Shown: positions 28,651 to 40,815 of the stretch, piece after piece
Position numbering within the stretch: the stretch's first letter is position 1
Layout: each line of letters opens with the position of its first letter
Assembly: GCA_016748015.1 (NCBI GenBank)
Contig: JAAOMT010000029.1
Span: forward strand, 298,896 to 362,895
DNA: 64,000 nucleotides
Origin: Geosiphon pyriformis uo1
Taxonomy: Eukaryota; Fungi; Glomeromycota
Reading direction: 5' to 3'
The notes under the pieces: generated by a model
What the model was told of the DNA's origin: nothing
Database searches by the model: none
What the model saw: the letters and a program-made list of their open reading frames with translations, nothing else
Position numbers and translations under genes: made by a program

Positions 28651-30470
28651 ATGACTGAAAATTTTACCTGTTTGGATAACTTGATGTTAGAGAGCCAGGT
28701 ATGTTATATGTTTGCTGTAAAAGCATTCGATACCAATTCGAATAATCACGGGTTTCTTCAATAAAAGTCAGAAAAACTCTCTTGGATAGTCGCATTTATA
28801 TGGATTTTTGACAATTCAGTCGATCTAGCTCGCCTTAAAGATCTATTTAGGAAAATGGTTGAAGAATTTCCCCGACTTAAAAGCCGACCAACTGGCAAGC
28901 ATCTTTTGAGAAATCATAAATGGGAATTGATTGATGGGTTTGATGTTGATGACATTATTGAGACGCATAAATTTCCAATTTCGGCAACAATGAATCAATT
29001 TCAAGCTTATGCCTCGCGAGTAATTGGTGAACCACTTGATGATCACTCTCGACCATTATGGCGCCTATATGTCATCAATGGAATAGATGGTGTTCAAAAA
29101 TCCGCCATAATCATCAAAGCACATCATTGTATTACTGACGGGGAAGGTTTTATACGAGCAGTGTTGACAGCTTCCTTGGGTCGAGAAAACCTAAATGAAA
29201 CTTTTAAAATGGCGCGAGAAAGGATGGCTCCTCCTAAACTAGAACCAAGCGAACTACCGATCCTTCGACTTGCTGTTTTCAAACCTCATGTTGATAAAAT
29301 ACCAAAGGGTCTACTTAATCTTTATTATTTATTGCTTCAGATTTTATTTGCAATTAATTGGGCTTTTGTCGGTCTATGGGAATCAATCAGATTGAACACC
29401 ATTATCTTGGGCTTTCGCCGCAAGAATTTTCTATACAATCTTAACACAAATATCGAAAGTTCATCGCCCACGAAAACAATAAATTGGTCTGAAGAGATTA
29501 ATATAGAAGATATTCGAATACCGCGTAAAGCATACAAGGTTTCATTGAACGATGTCATGGTGGCCACAATAACGCGCGCTATTCGATCATATCTCGTTGA
29601 ACAGAATCGACTTCTTGATCCTAGTATTCTGTTATTTATTCCTCTTTCAATGCGAAGGAAAGATGATTTCAGATTTACGAATTTGGTATCTGGTGTTTAC
29701 GCATTTTTTCCATTCGCGGATTTGTCTACCAAAAACCTACTGAAAGCTGTCCATGAAGAAATGAATAAGGTGAAACGTAGTCTGGTGCCACCTTTGGCTC
29801 ATCTTTTTGCCGATAAAGTCTATATTCCCGGTACTCTTATTCCTCGACCATATCTAAATTGGATGTGCGGGCTTGGTCATGGCGTTGTATCAAATGTTCC
29901 GGTCAGTATTATAATAAAGCTGGTTTAAACTGGTTCAATTGATTAGATTCACAAATTAATTTCCCCTTTCTACTTTTAAATCAAGGGCCCTCCAAATACT
30001 ATCACAATCGCTGGGCAAGTCGTCAAACGCTTTCTGGCAGTGCCACCACAAAATACTCCTGGTGGTATGTCATCAAAGCTTATTGAAATATCGATTTTCT
30101 GTTGCGTTTCAAAAAACACTTTAACTGAATCAAGATATTAATTTAAACAAAATATACATTGCTTATTACACAAGGTTTGGCAATGGCAATTCTAAGCTAT
30201 AATGGCAAGATAACTCTGAGTATTTTTGCAGACAACCTGGTGGAATATCCCTTATTAACAAAACGCATTAGTGAACTTTTTGTTAAAGAATTTAACAAAA
30301 TTTTAGAAGATGCCAAATTTGAAATCGCACGAAGTGACAACGGAAATGAGGAAATGGAAAAGTATGGAAAAAATACTCTAAAGGAAAATCTTGGGAAAAT
30401 TTTTGGGCCAGTTCATATTGCTGGAATAATATTTCTGCTTCTGGGCATTTTCTGGGCTTTCTTTTTGTAA
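28651..30470 (+). CDS. Wax ester synthase/diacylglycerol acyltransferase (WS/DGAT family), 518 aa; exons 28651-28698, 28768-29901, 29986-30064, 30175-30470
   Basis: Catalytic HHCITDG (HHxxxDG), PLDDHSRPLWRLYVI, VSLNDV, the spliced SNVP|GP motif and ILSYNG. Three GT-AG introns join 1557 nt into one open frame. C-terminal hydrophobic tail. Confidence 0.93.
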
Positions 30471-30699
30471 ACACTTTTTGAGTTTGTCGATAAATAAAGA
30501 TGAAGAATTAAGAAATAAGAATTTTGATATAAATAGAAATATCGACTTCTCAAAAAGTCCTGGTTTAAATAGTTAATTAAACATAAGTTGAGATAATTTT
30601 TCAAAAGCAAATACGTCAATGATATTCCTAGGGCCTGTTTAATTTTAATAAATACAAATGTTCGACTTCAGAAAAGCTTTTTTTTATGTAATAATAAAA

Positions 30700-32196
30700 A
30701 ATAAAACCAAACTAGTTAATATAAAATATGTAATATTAATATTAATTTTGTAAATAAAATATTATTATAAAAGTTTGTTTATATTTAAATTAAACTTAAA
30801 AGTAGAACAAACTTAATTTTTTATTTAATAACAGATTTAAATTAAAACATTTTAATAATAATAATAATATTTTTTATTTTATAAATATAATTTAATTACT
30901 ATTTAATACAATAAACCAAGTATTTTAAACTAAATATAATTTATGTGCTTATTTTATGTAATTAATTATTTGTATTAATTTATATTATTATTAGCAATAA
31001 CAAAGTTTTTTTAAAAATACAAATATCTAATACAACTTAACTGTTTGAATTAATTACAATATATTAAAATATGAAATATACTTAAAAACCAATGTAATAG
31101 TTTACAATTCAAATATTATTAATAAAACTAAACTCAAATCTAAATTTAAATAATACAAAAATATTATTTGCTACTTTAATAGTACTTAAATATTTTAAAA
31201 ACTTGTTAATAAAAATATTAATAATATTTAATACAGTTTACTAAAACATTTATAAATTAAAAAAAGTTACACAAGTTACATATATTACAAAAACAAAAAA
31301 TATAATTTAAAAATAAACAAATAATAAAATTATTCTTATTTTTAAAAAGCTTTAATATTAGTTTGAGTTATTTAAGTACAAAACTATGAAAATTAAGTTT
31401 TTTGTAATAATAAAAACTTTTTTAATTAAAATATTGTTTATATTTGTTTATTAATTAATTAACAAAAACTATTTTAAAATATTTTAACAAAAAAACAATC
31501 TTATAAAACAAAAAAACATTCAATATATTAAATATAAATATAGTATTAACAAAATAAAAAACATTAAACAAATTATTTATAAATAAAAATTTAAAGTTTA
31601 AAAAAACTTAAATTAATTTAATTAAAAATTTATCTTTAAATTAATTTTTAATTTAATAAAATATTGTAAAAAGTTTTTAACAGCTTAATTTAATATTTAT
31701 AAGTTTAAAAATTTATAATTAAATAGTTAGCCAAAAATGCTATTAATATTAGAAAATATAATTACAAAAACTAATTTTTTTTTATCTATATTTGTTTAAA
31801 AAACTTTAATTTATACAAAAATAAATAATAAATAATCTTATTTAAAAAATACTTAAATAAATTAATCTTTAATTTTATATTTTTTTAATTAAAATATCTT
31901 ATTTTATGTACATATTTTTCAAGATAAAACTTAATTACAATTTATAATTAATAATAAATTGTAAAATAACTAAAACCAAATAAAAAACTGTTTATTTAAA
32001 ACTGTTTTTTTTGTAATTTATTATTTTTATTATGGTTAATAAGTATAGTCTAATTATTATTTAGAAGTTAAAAACAGATTAAGTATTTTAGTGTTAAATA
32101 TAGTTTATGTATTTTTTTATATATAACTAACTACTCAAGCCAATTTAAGCTATACTATATTAATATTTCAGAGGAAAATTTATCCAAAAATAACAT
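30700..32196. other. Highly decayed AT-rich sequence, unassigned
   Basis: No recognisable motif; composition like the most decayed repeats. Confidence 0.3.
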
Positions 32197-33003
32197 TATT
32201 ATAGGTAATTATTTGAGTGTTAAAATAAATAACAAATTTATAACTTGGTACTTAATAGTTGCTATTGTTATTAATTTTTAAAATTTTTTGGATATTTAAA
32301 GGTTTCAAATTAAATTTTTTGTATAATAAACAAAAATTCAAATAATAGTTTTTTTTGTGAATTTTTTTTTTAACATGATAGCCAGTTTAATCTAATAGTT
32401 ATGTTTTTCTAATAAGTTATTCTTTTTTCTAAGTTTATTATTCTTGTTTTACAGATTTTTTACCAAACTATTTTTAACATTAATATCTTTGTATTTTATT
32501 TTTTAATTAATTAGTAAACAACAAAAAAATAAAAAAAATAAAAAAATAAAAAAATTAGTATCTCATTAATAGCCATAATCAAGAGTTTTTATTTTAGTAT
32601 AGTTAAATAATAATTATTACTAACATAAATTACTGATTAAGTTAGAGAATAGTAATATTAATTTGATAATATAAAAAACATAAGTTGGATAATAAATGAT
32701 AATTTTATTTGATATTTAGATAATTTAATTTTAAGATATAAAAAACTAACTTTTGAAAGGAGAAATATTTTAATTACTTGTTAATTAGAACTTGTTTAAA
32801 TCTAATTAACTCTTTTTTTTTTGTTTTTGATACTATTGTTATATATATATATATTTTTTGTTATATAAAATTTCTTAACCTCTTTTAATTTCTTGCAAAA
32901 AATTCTGGAATCTTAAAATTTTTTGAAATTTTTCTTTTTATTATGTTAATTTTCTATTGCCTATTCTCTACTTATTATAATTTTTATTTTTTTATGAGTA
33001 ATA
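32197..33003 (-). repeat. 3' LTR of G2
   Basis: TATTATAGG...ATGAGTAATA termini, the conserved hairpin core at ~32555-32630, and an adjacent decayed PPT. Confidence 0.8.
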
Positions 33004-33318
33004 TTATTCTTTTTTTTAATATTAAATTTTATTAAAATCTCTTAAATTTTTTTTTTAAATTAGTTTTATAATTTTTTTCTTTAGAATTACTTAAATAATT
33101 CTGGTCTGTAATTTTTTAAATTGAACATTGATAATTTTTTCCAATTGGTTAATAATTATTGTGTTTATTGTTAGATATAACAGTATTTTTGGACAGTTCT
33201 GAAATTTTGTTTATAATCAGTACATTACTTATGTCTGTATAGATAAATTGTTTTTTTTCAAAAATTGTTTTATTTATTATAATATTATTATATTAAACAT
33301 CTGTTTTGTTTTATCTAT

Positions 33319-33610
33319 TATTATAGATAATTATTTGAAATATTAAAACAAATAATAAATCTGTAACTTAATACTCAATAGCTATTAATAATAATAGTTT
33401 CTAAAAGTTTTATGATCTAAAAATTTTGGTTGAGTTTTTTGTATAATAAACAGAAATTCAATTAATGGTTTTTTCTGTAAATTTTTTTTTTAGTATAATG
33501 ACCAGTTTAATTTGGCAATCATGCTCTTTTGGTATACTATCTTTAAGTTTTTTATCTTTGTTTTATAAGTTTTTTAGTAAACTATTTTTAATATTAATTA
33601 TTTTAATCTT
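33319..33610 (-). mobile_element. Partial LTR (U5 end) inserted in G2 ORF3
   Basis: Repeats 32197-32490 (TATTATAGATAATTATTTG...ATAATAAACAGAAATTCA). G2 ORF3 sequence resumes after a deletion. Confidence 0.7.
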
Positions 33611-36126
33611 TGTTTTTCTTTTTTTTTTTGTGTTTTTATAACAAACTGTTTGGTAATTAATAATAATTTCTATGTCTAATTGTTGTTAATTTATGGTTTG
33701 GAACAATTATTGTGCTATTATATAAATATAATCTGAAATTTTTATTTTTTACTGTTGTTTTTGTTGTATATATTGTTTTTATATACTTTTATCTTAATTT
33801 ACTTTTCATGTTTTTTTTGATAATTATAATTGGTTTCAAATCTTGTGAAATCTTATTTGGTTTGACTAGTATTTTTTGTATTCTTAGTTGTAAAATATTA
33901 TTGGTAGATAATAATACTATATTGTAATATAGTTTTAATTAATTATTATGTATTGCTTTGATTAAAATTTTGTTGTTTTATCTTAATTTATAAGCTCTAT
34001 TTTTTAGAATTTTTTCAATATAGCATGAACTATCTTATTTGAAGTTAAACTTTTTATTCTATTGTTTTTTTCATTTTGGTATAATTTAAGAGTACTTTGT
34101 TTTCAATCTTAAATTCGACTTATTTATTTGATAACTGGTTGTTATATTGTTTTTTTTGTTTTTTTTGTAAATTTTATATGTTATTAACTGTTCTTTATTT
34201 TTTATTTTTTAAAGTTTTTATTAAGTTATATATTCTTTTTAACAATATTTCTTAAAAGTTAGCTTTTATTATTGGTTTTGTTAAATATGTATTGATATCT
34301 ATTTTAATTGATAATATTGCTGTTTTACTATAAACTAATTTAAATAATGTTGTTTATATAATATCTTGCTTTATTGTTCAATAAATAAGTAATACCAATA
34401 GTATAAACAAATTTTATATATTCTAATTTTCTTGATTAATCTTAACTATTGTTTTACACAATGTTTTGTTGAATTTTTTGACTAAGTTATTTGTTTGTAA
34501 ATAATATAAAAATGATAGTAGTCTTTTAATTCCAAATCTTTGACTTAATTTTGCTAATGTTTTGTTTATAAAATAAGTTTTTTGGTCTAATAACAATTTT
34601 TTTAGACGTCTATATTAATAAATCAAATTCTAATATATGAATTTGACTATAAATTTTGCATTTGCTCTTTAAATAGCTTTAGCTTTTGGCTATTTTGTGA
34701 AATAATTCATAACTACTACTATGTATTAGTTGTTTTTACTAGTTATTATTAATAGTCTTATTAAGTTAATTTTAATTCAATCAAATAGTTGTTCTACTTT
34801 AATTGGTCTTAGTGGTTTACTGGATCTTATTCCTTTTTTTTTTAATAAATATCACAATTTTGAACATATTAAATAATGTCTGGATATATTAATGGCTAAT
34901 AATATTTTTTTTTGGTTTTTTTCATAATTGCTTCTTTATAGAAATGTTCTAATGTTGAATCTAAATACATATTAAATAGTATTGTTTCTTTTTTTGTTTC
35001 TGTAATTACCTTAAGTGACTGGTTTAGATCTTTTTTGTTTCTCTAATATAATATATTTTAATAGGTAATAAAATATTTTAATTGTTGTTTTATGTTGTTT
35101 TGTTTTTTTTAAGATAATTTTCTCTTGAATTATTGAGTATTAATATAATATTAAAATTGTTAATATTTTTATGTATTCATTTTTTGTTATATTTTTGGGT
35201 TAAAATGTTTTTAGATTTGTTTTATTTATAATAAGCTATTAGTATTTCTATTTTTTTTTATAATATATTATATAATTAAATAGTAATAGTTTTATTTTTT
35301 ATCTTATATAATAATTGTTTTCAAATTTTTGCTTTTGGATTAATTTTAATCTTTTATAATCAGTATATATATCAAACTTTTGACTTAAATATTTTTCTAT
35401 TTGATAACAGTTTAATAAATATTTAAGTATATTAATACTGAGATATCATAGTTTTTTTTGGCTAAACTCCAACTTTAATTGGCATATACTACTAGATATT
35501 TTTGTCTATTTGGTTTTTTTTGTAATAATATTGCTCTCAATATTTGGTCTAATGTATTTATTATAATAATAAATAGTTTGTAATCTGAATAGATTAAAAC
35601 TAAAGCTTAAATAAGCTTTTGTCTTAAAGTATCAAAGACTTTTTATTGTGTTTTAGTCTATTTATATTTGGTGTTTTTTACTTAAAGGTAGTGTAATAAT
35701 TGAGTCAGTTTAAAGAAATTCTGAATATAATAACAATAGTATTTAGCAAATTTCAAAAATGTTTTTAATTTTATCAAGTTTGTTGATATTAAAAAGTTTT
35801 TAACTATTTCAATTTTATCTGAATCTGTTTTAATGTCATTTTTGCTTATAACATATCCCAAAAACTTGAGTTTAGTTTTTTCAAAGAAATATTTAATGGC
35901 ATTTAGTTTCAATTTAGCTCTTCTTAACTATTTAAACACTTGTTGAAAATAATAAAAATAATTATCAAATGTTTTGGAGAACATATTAGTATTATTTTAT
36001 ATTTATTTATTTAACGAGTGAGGTCCAAACACTACCTAGTACAATACATCATACAAGTGATCTAAACTAGGCATGAATCATGCTCTTTCTACACGTGACC
36101 AGCCACTCAGACTAGTCAGGACAACA

Positions 36127-39100
36127 CTAGGCACCTATATGCACTGAGACCAAGTTACCTATACCTGAAAAGAATAAACTAGATCTACGAAACTCAAAAC
36201 CAATACCAATTGCATCAGCGATACCCAATAATCTAACCATATTGGACGAGAGTACCGAAGGAAGACCAGAAACCGAGACAGGAATAGAACCATTATGTGG
36301 GATCAAGCCACTCTTCTCCATAACAGCTCTGTGTTTTGCACGAACCAGCCAAATACCATCATGGAATGCAAGACAAAAATCACGCACAAATGCCACAATA
36401 TTCTGAGCCACCATTTTAGAGTCCTTGAAAACAGAAAAAGATTCACAATACCACTTATTGAAAACAAAGCCCTTACATATAGCTGCACCAACAACAGCAT
36501 TGGAAGTGCAAGCAGAAAGCAACTGCAAAACACATGAAGTCGAGTGAGATAAACCTAAGCGCATTTCCCAAACAGATGCATGAGCATTCATCAACCGGGC
36601 ACGATTACCAGCATTGAATGGGCACGAAAACACATGATCTGAAATTTCAACATCGCCACAGAACAAACACATCACACTGGGGTACCTCTTATTGTAAAGA
36701 CGCTTTTGCACAGCAACAGGAAGACGATGATGCAATGCCTTTATAAAATATGTTCGATAACCAGCAGTACGTGCACTAGTGAAACCAGTGGCCAAATGAG
36801 AGTCCAGATGCCACACCGAACATGACCTGACCCAATCAACATCAGCACGTAGACTGTCCACCAATACTCAAGAACCAGAACCGACCTTCCAATGTGCATG
36901 GTGAATAGAGCGGAAAACATCACGAACAAAATGCTTAGAATTACCAGAAACCACAGTACTGCCAGCCTTGAGAAAATGTTCATTAATCCTGTGAGGAAGA
37001 TGCACACCAGAAGACGCAGCAGCCCTAGCCAAAGTGTCAGCACACTTATTGTCCAAGACTTCAGAGTGACCTCTAACTTTAATCCAATTAATATCCAAAT
37101 TTTTGCGACGAATGACATTAGAAATATGGTGGTGTTCGACCCAACACCGATTCCTGAAATCTGGACACCCCAACATTAACTCTGACTTGCATGCATCCAA
37201 AGCGGCCTGGCTGTCCAAAAACAGATTAACCAAACAAGAAGAAGGGACACACTCAAGAGCTAAAGCAATGGCCTACAGCTCCGTCATGATAGAAGAAACC
37301 AAACCAGAAACTTCCACACCTAAACCCAAATCAATGTCCTCAAAAAAAACAGTGGTGCCAGCCTCCATACCAAGAGTACCCAGCCCACACAAAGAACCAT
37401 CCGTAAACACAGAAAGACGATTGGAATCAACCTCCAACAAGCGATTACAAACAACATCAAACTCGCAAGACTCAAGTATGTTAGATGAGTCAACATTCAG
37501 TGGCAAAAGAGAACAAATAGGAGATGACCCAGAACCAGACAAAAAATGAACAACAGCATTGAACCAATCAGGAATCGGGCCCCGAGGGTCCAGTCTTTTC
37601 CACTGCTTGAAAGTCCTCCATTCGAAAACAGAACCAGTTTGATTGTGAAGCTGCTCAACAAAGGCAATGCCATATTGCCAAAGTGAAAAGACACATTTAT
37701 AAAAAGCTAACTTGCCAAGAACAATAGACATTGGGGTCCCCTTTTGAAAACAAAAAACATTGGTCACGAGACCACCCAGAGAGAGGTCACAACCCAAAAA
37801 AATCCAGATAACACCAGCCAAAAAATTATTCAAAGAACTGACATTAATATGAGAAGGGAAAAGCAGGGAGTGACGAGGGCACCAACTGAGAACCTGTAAA
37901 TCATAAGACCTATGTGCAAACAGGTGGCCCAAAATACCCACAGAATTGGCAAAACAAACAACAGCAGCTGACTTGCTCTCAGCCTGGACCTGCTCAAAAG
38001 ATTTCAACCCGTACAAAGAAGGATGATGAATAGCATCATTGGGAAAGTCGAGCGGCAAGCCAAATTTGGACTTCAAACCTTTATGAATCATAATGTCCCA
38101 TTTCGCACACACACTAATAAGAACAAAACTAAACTGAGTCTTGTAGGCAATTATGGGGTAAAGAACCACTAACACCAAATATGAGAACTGCTTATCAGAG
38201 ATAGTCTTTTTCAGAACAAGATTGGTAAAAAATCGGACATCCAAGCGTGTCTTAGCCAAGCTAGGCTTCGACAAACCCTCAGTAGACAAAAAGATACCCA
38301 GGTACCGATAAGGCTCTCCCCTTTTGGCTATTGAAATAGGCAAACCACTGATCAACAAATGAGGGCTGGAAACTCTGCAATTAATGGGAATAGCCACCGT
38401 TTTGTCATTATTGATTGAAATGTCATTGACTTGAAAAAACCCACTAGCAACATTGAGAATATGTTGGGTGGCAGCCTGGCTGCTACCAATCTAAATTGTA
38501 TCGTCGACAAAAGCACCAGCAGCGAGGAAAGAAGTCAAACCAGCCCGAGATTCAACATGACCAGTGTTGGCAACAAAACGAGAGTCTAACCTGTATTCAC
38601 ATACATTTTCTTGTCTTTTGACTTCACACAAAAGAGGATCATAAAATATGCACCAGAGAAGAGGAGAAAACACCTTCCCTTAATCCAAACCATCATGTAC
38701 CTGATATTCATCAGTTAATCCAAAATCCATCATAACTCTGTTGACCCAATCATTGTGGATGCCACCAAAAAACCGAATGAATTTATTACACATTTTTATT
38801 CTGACCAAGCTCTTCCTTAGATACTCCCAGCCAACCAAATCATAAGCCTTTCGCATGTTCTACAAGACCAGCCACAGCTCTCAGTTCTTCTCCAAAGCAT
38901 CCTCAATGACCAATTCAATAGCAAAAATAGGAGACTGCGTGGTCATGCTTTTTAAAACAGAAAAATTATCCCCCCTCAGAACGTCAAAAACACTACAAGC
39001 CAATGAAATTCTGTCCGAAAGCACTTTAGAAAGAATTTTGCGAGCTGTCTCAACCAAAGCAATAGGATGGGTATTTGTAAGAACACCCTTCCACTCATAT

Positions 39101-40815
39101 GGTTTGGGGATTATCGACACCCAAGCCTCTTTCCAAGGCCCAGGAACAGATTCATGCTCCAAGCAAACATTCAAAAGCACTAAAAGCATATCCAAAACTG
39201 ATTTGTCGCAATGTTTCCACAACTCATTCGAGATACCAGAGAGACCAGCTGCTTTCCCATCAGGCAGGTTTAAAACGACATTAAACATCTCATCAAAATC
39301 AATTAGGCTCATTACACCAGAAAAAGTGTTATCAAAAACATACTCTAAAGGCTGATATTGGCGATCCCAGACACCAGTAACATCAGAAACTATATTGCGC
39401 TTCCTAGTCCATCTCTCCATGACTGCATCTACTTTGGCCTTTACTAGAGCAGGCTCCAAAACCAACTCATCATCAACAACCAGATGATCCAAAGTTACTT
39501 TGCAAAAAAGACGTTCCAACACACTCCTAATAGTATGACTTTTGTCCAATTCGAAACTCTCCATCCTCTTATTTATCGCCAATCTGATTTGAGATTCCCT
39601 AACTCACACTGCTTTTGACATTTTGGATGTGCGATAAGACTTTTTGACCATAGACAAAACTGACCGAATACCATTGAAGTGAGAACCTGATAGAAAGAGA
39701 GACTTCACCGCAGAAACATTGACTGAATCCAAACCTTCCTACCTGTCGAGCAAGGATGCAAACTCCACAATAGAATTCATATAAGATGCTCTAACTAACT
39801 TAGACACCAAGAGCTCAAGCTTGTGAAATTTGAACAAATCCTTGCTAAAAATTTTATCATATCCCTTGAACCACTTTTTCTTGAAAACTGCCTCAGCAGA
39901 CAGACACATCACTTTATGGAAAGCAACCTACATCGAATCCAAGTCCGAGCAGATTCTGGCTGCAAGAAAATTGTCATAAAACATAGCAGCATTTGCTGCC
40001 GTATCTTTCTTAAATTTGGCCCATTTAACATCATCCACACCTTTGCAATCGTACTTCCAGCAATTTCTATTTGCTTGCTTACGAACAGAATTCAACTGAA
40101 CATCGAGCAGACCACCCAAACCCACTAGCACTGAGACAGCCTGATGATCAGTATCAAAGTATTCCCCAACGCCAAACACGTCATGACCCACTACTGTATT
40201 GACCAGATTTGAAAAAACGAACATAAAATCAATTGTCTTAGCAACGCCCCGAGAATTGAACCAAGTCGGCAATTTCCCATGGGAGCTCCCACTCAAGGCA
40301 TTAACCAGACCCAAATCCAGACACTTTTTAAAACTTGCACACTTGTGAGAACCATCTTCATTGAAATCACCACCGAGAACAATAAAAGAAGATTCATTAA
40401 CAGCTTTTGCAATGAGAGAGTTGACTTTACCAGTCTGAGAGAACCAAACTGCTGAGGAAGCACCAGCATACAGATCCAGAATAGACACCAAAAGTTTATT
40501 TTTGAAAAGCAACTTAATGGACAAGAGCCGACCAGGCATCTCTGACACTTTACACACATGTTTTGCTAAAGAAGAGTTTATGACAACTGCAACACCAGCA
40601 CCCAGATATCCAGATTCCAAACCAGAGGTAAACACCCACACACTATCATATTTGTTGACAATCCATGGGCGAATTTTCTTTTTTAACTTTGATTCCGTAA
40701 AAATAGAAACTAAATTGTTCTTCTCCATATGCCAACAAATGACATCGTTCTGTTTCACAAGATTGTTCATACCTCTGATGTTGCAAGTAGCAATATTCTA
40801 AACCAGACTGTCCAT
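36127..40815 (-). pseudogene. LINE ORF2: APE endonuclease, RT, RNase H, C-terminal CCHC (1563 codons, roughly ten nonsense codons, no frameshift)
   Basis: All track fragments share one frame. Motifs: ATCNIRG, LGGDFN, IDFMF, TDH (APE); AGAFVDDTI, YLGIFL (RT); VFTDGS, TEL, LDSQAA, KVRGHS..NKCAD (RNase H); CLFCGDVEISDHVFSC. Confidence 0.93.

Larger units (their letters stand above)
26361..30680. other. Unique-sequence gene island spared from hypermutation
   Basis: CpG dinucleotides and GC content reappear abruptly, and the island contains the only intact host gene. AT-rich decay returns sharply after ~30680. Confidence 0.85.
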
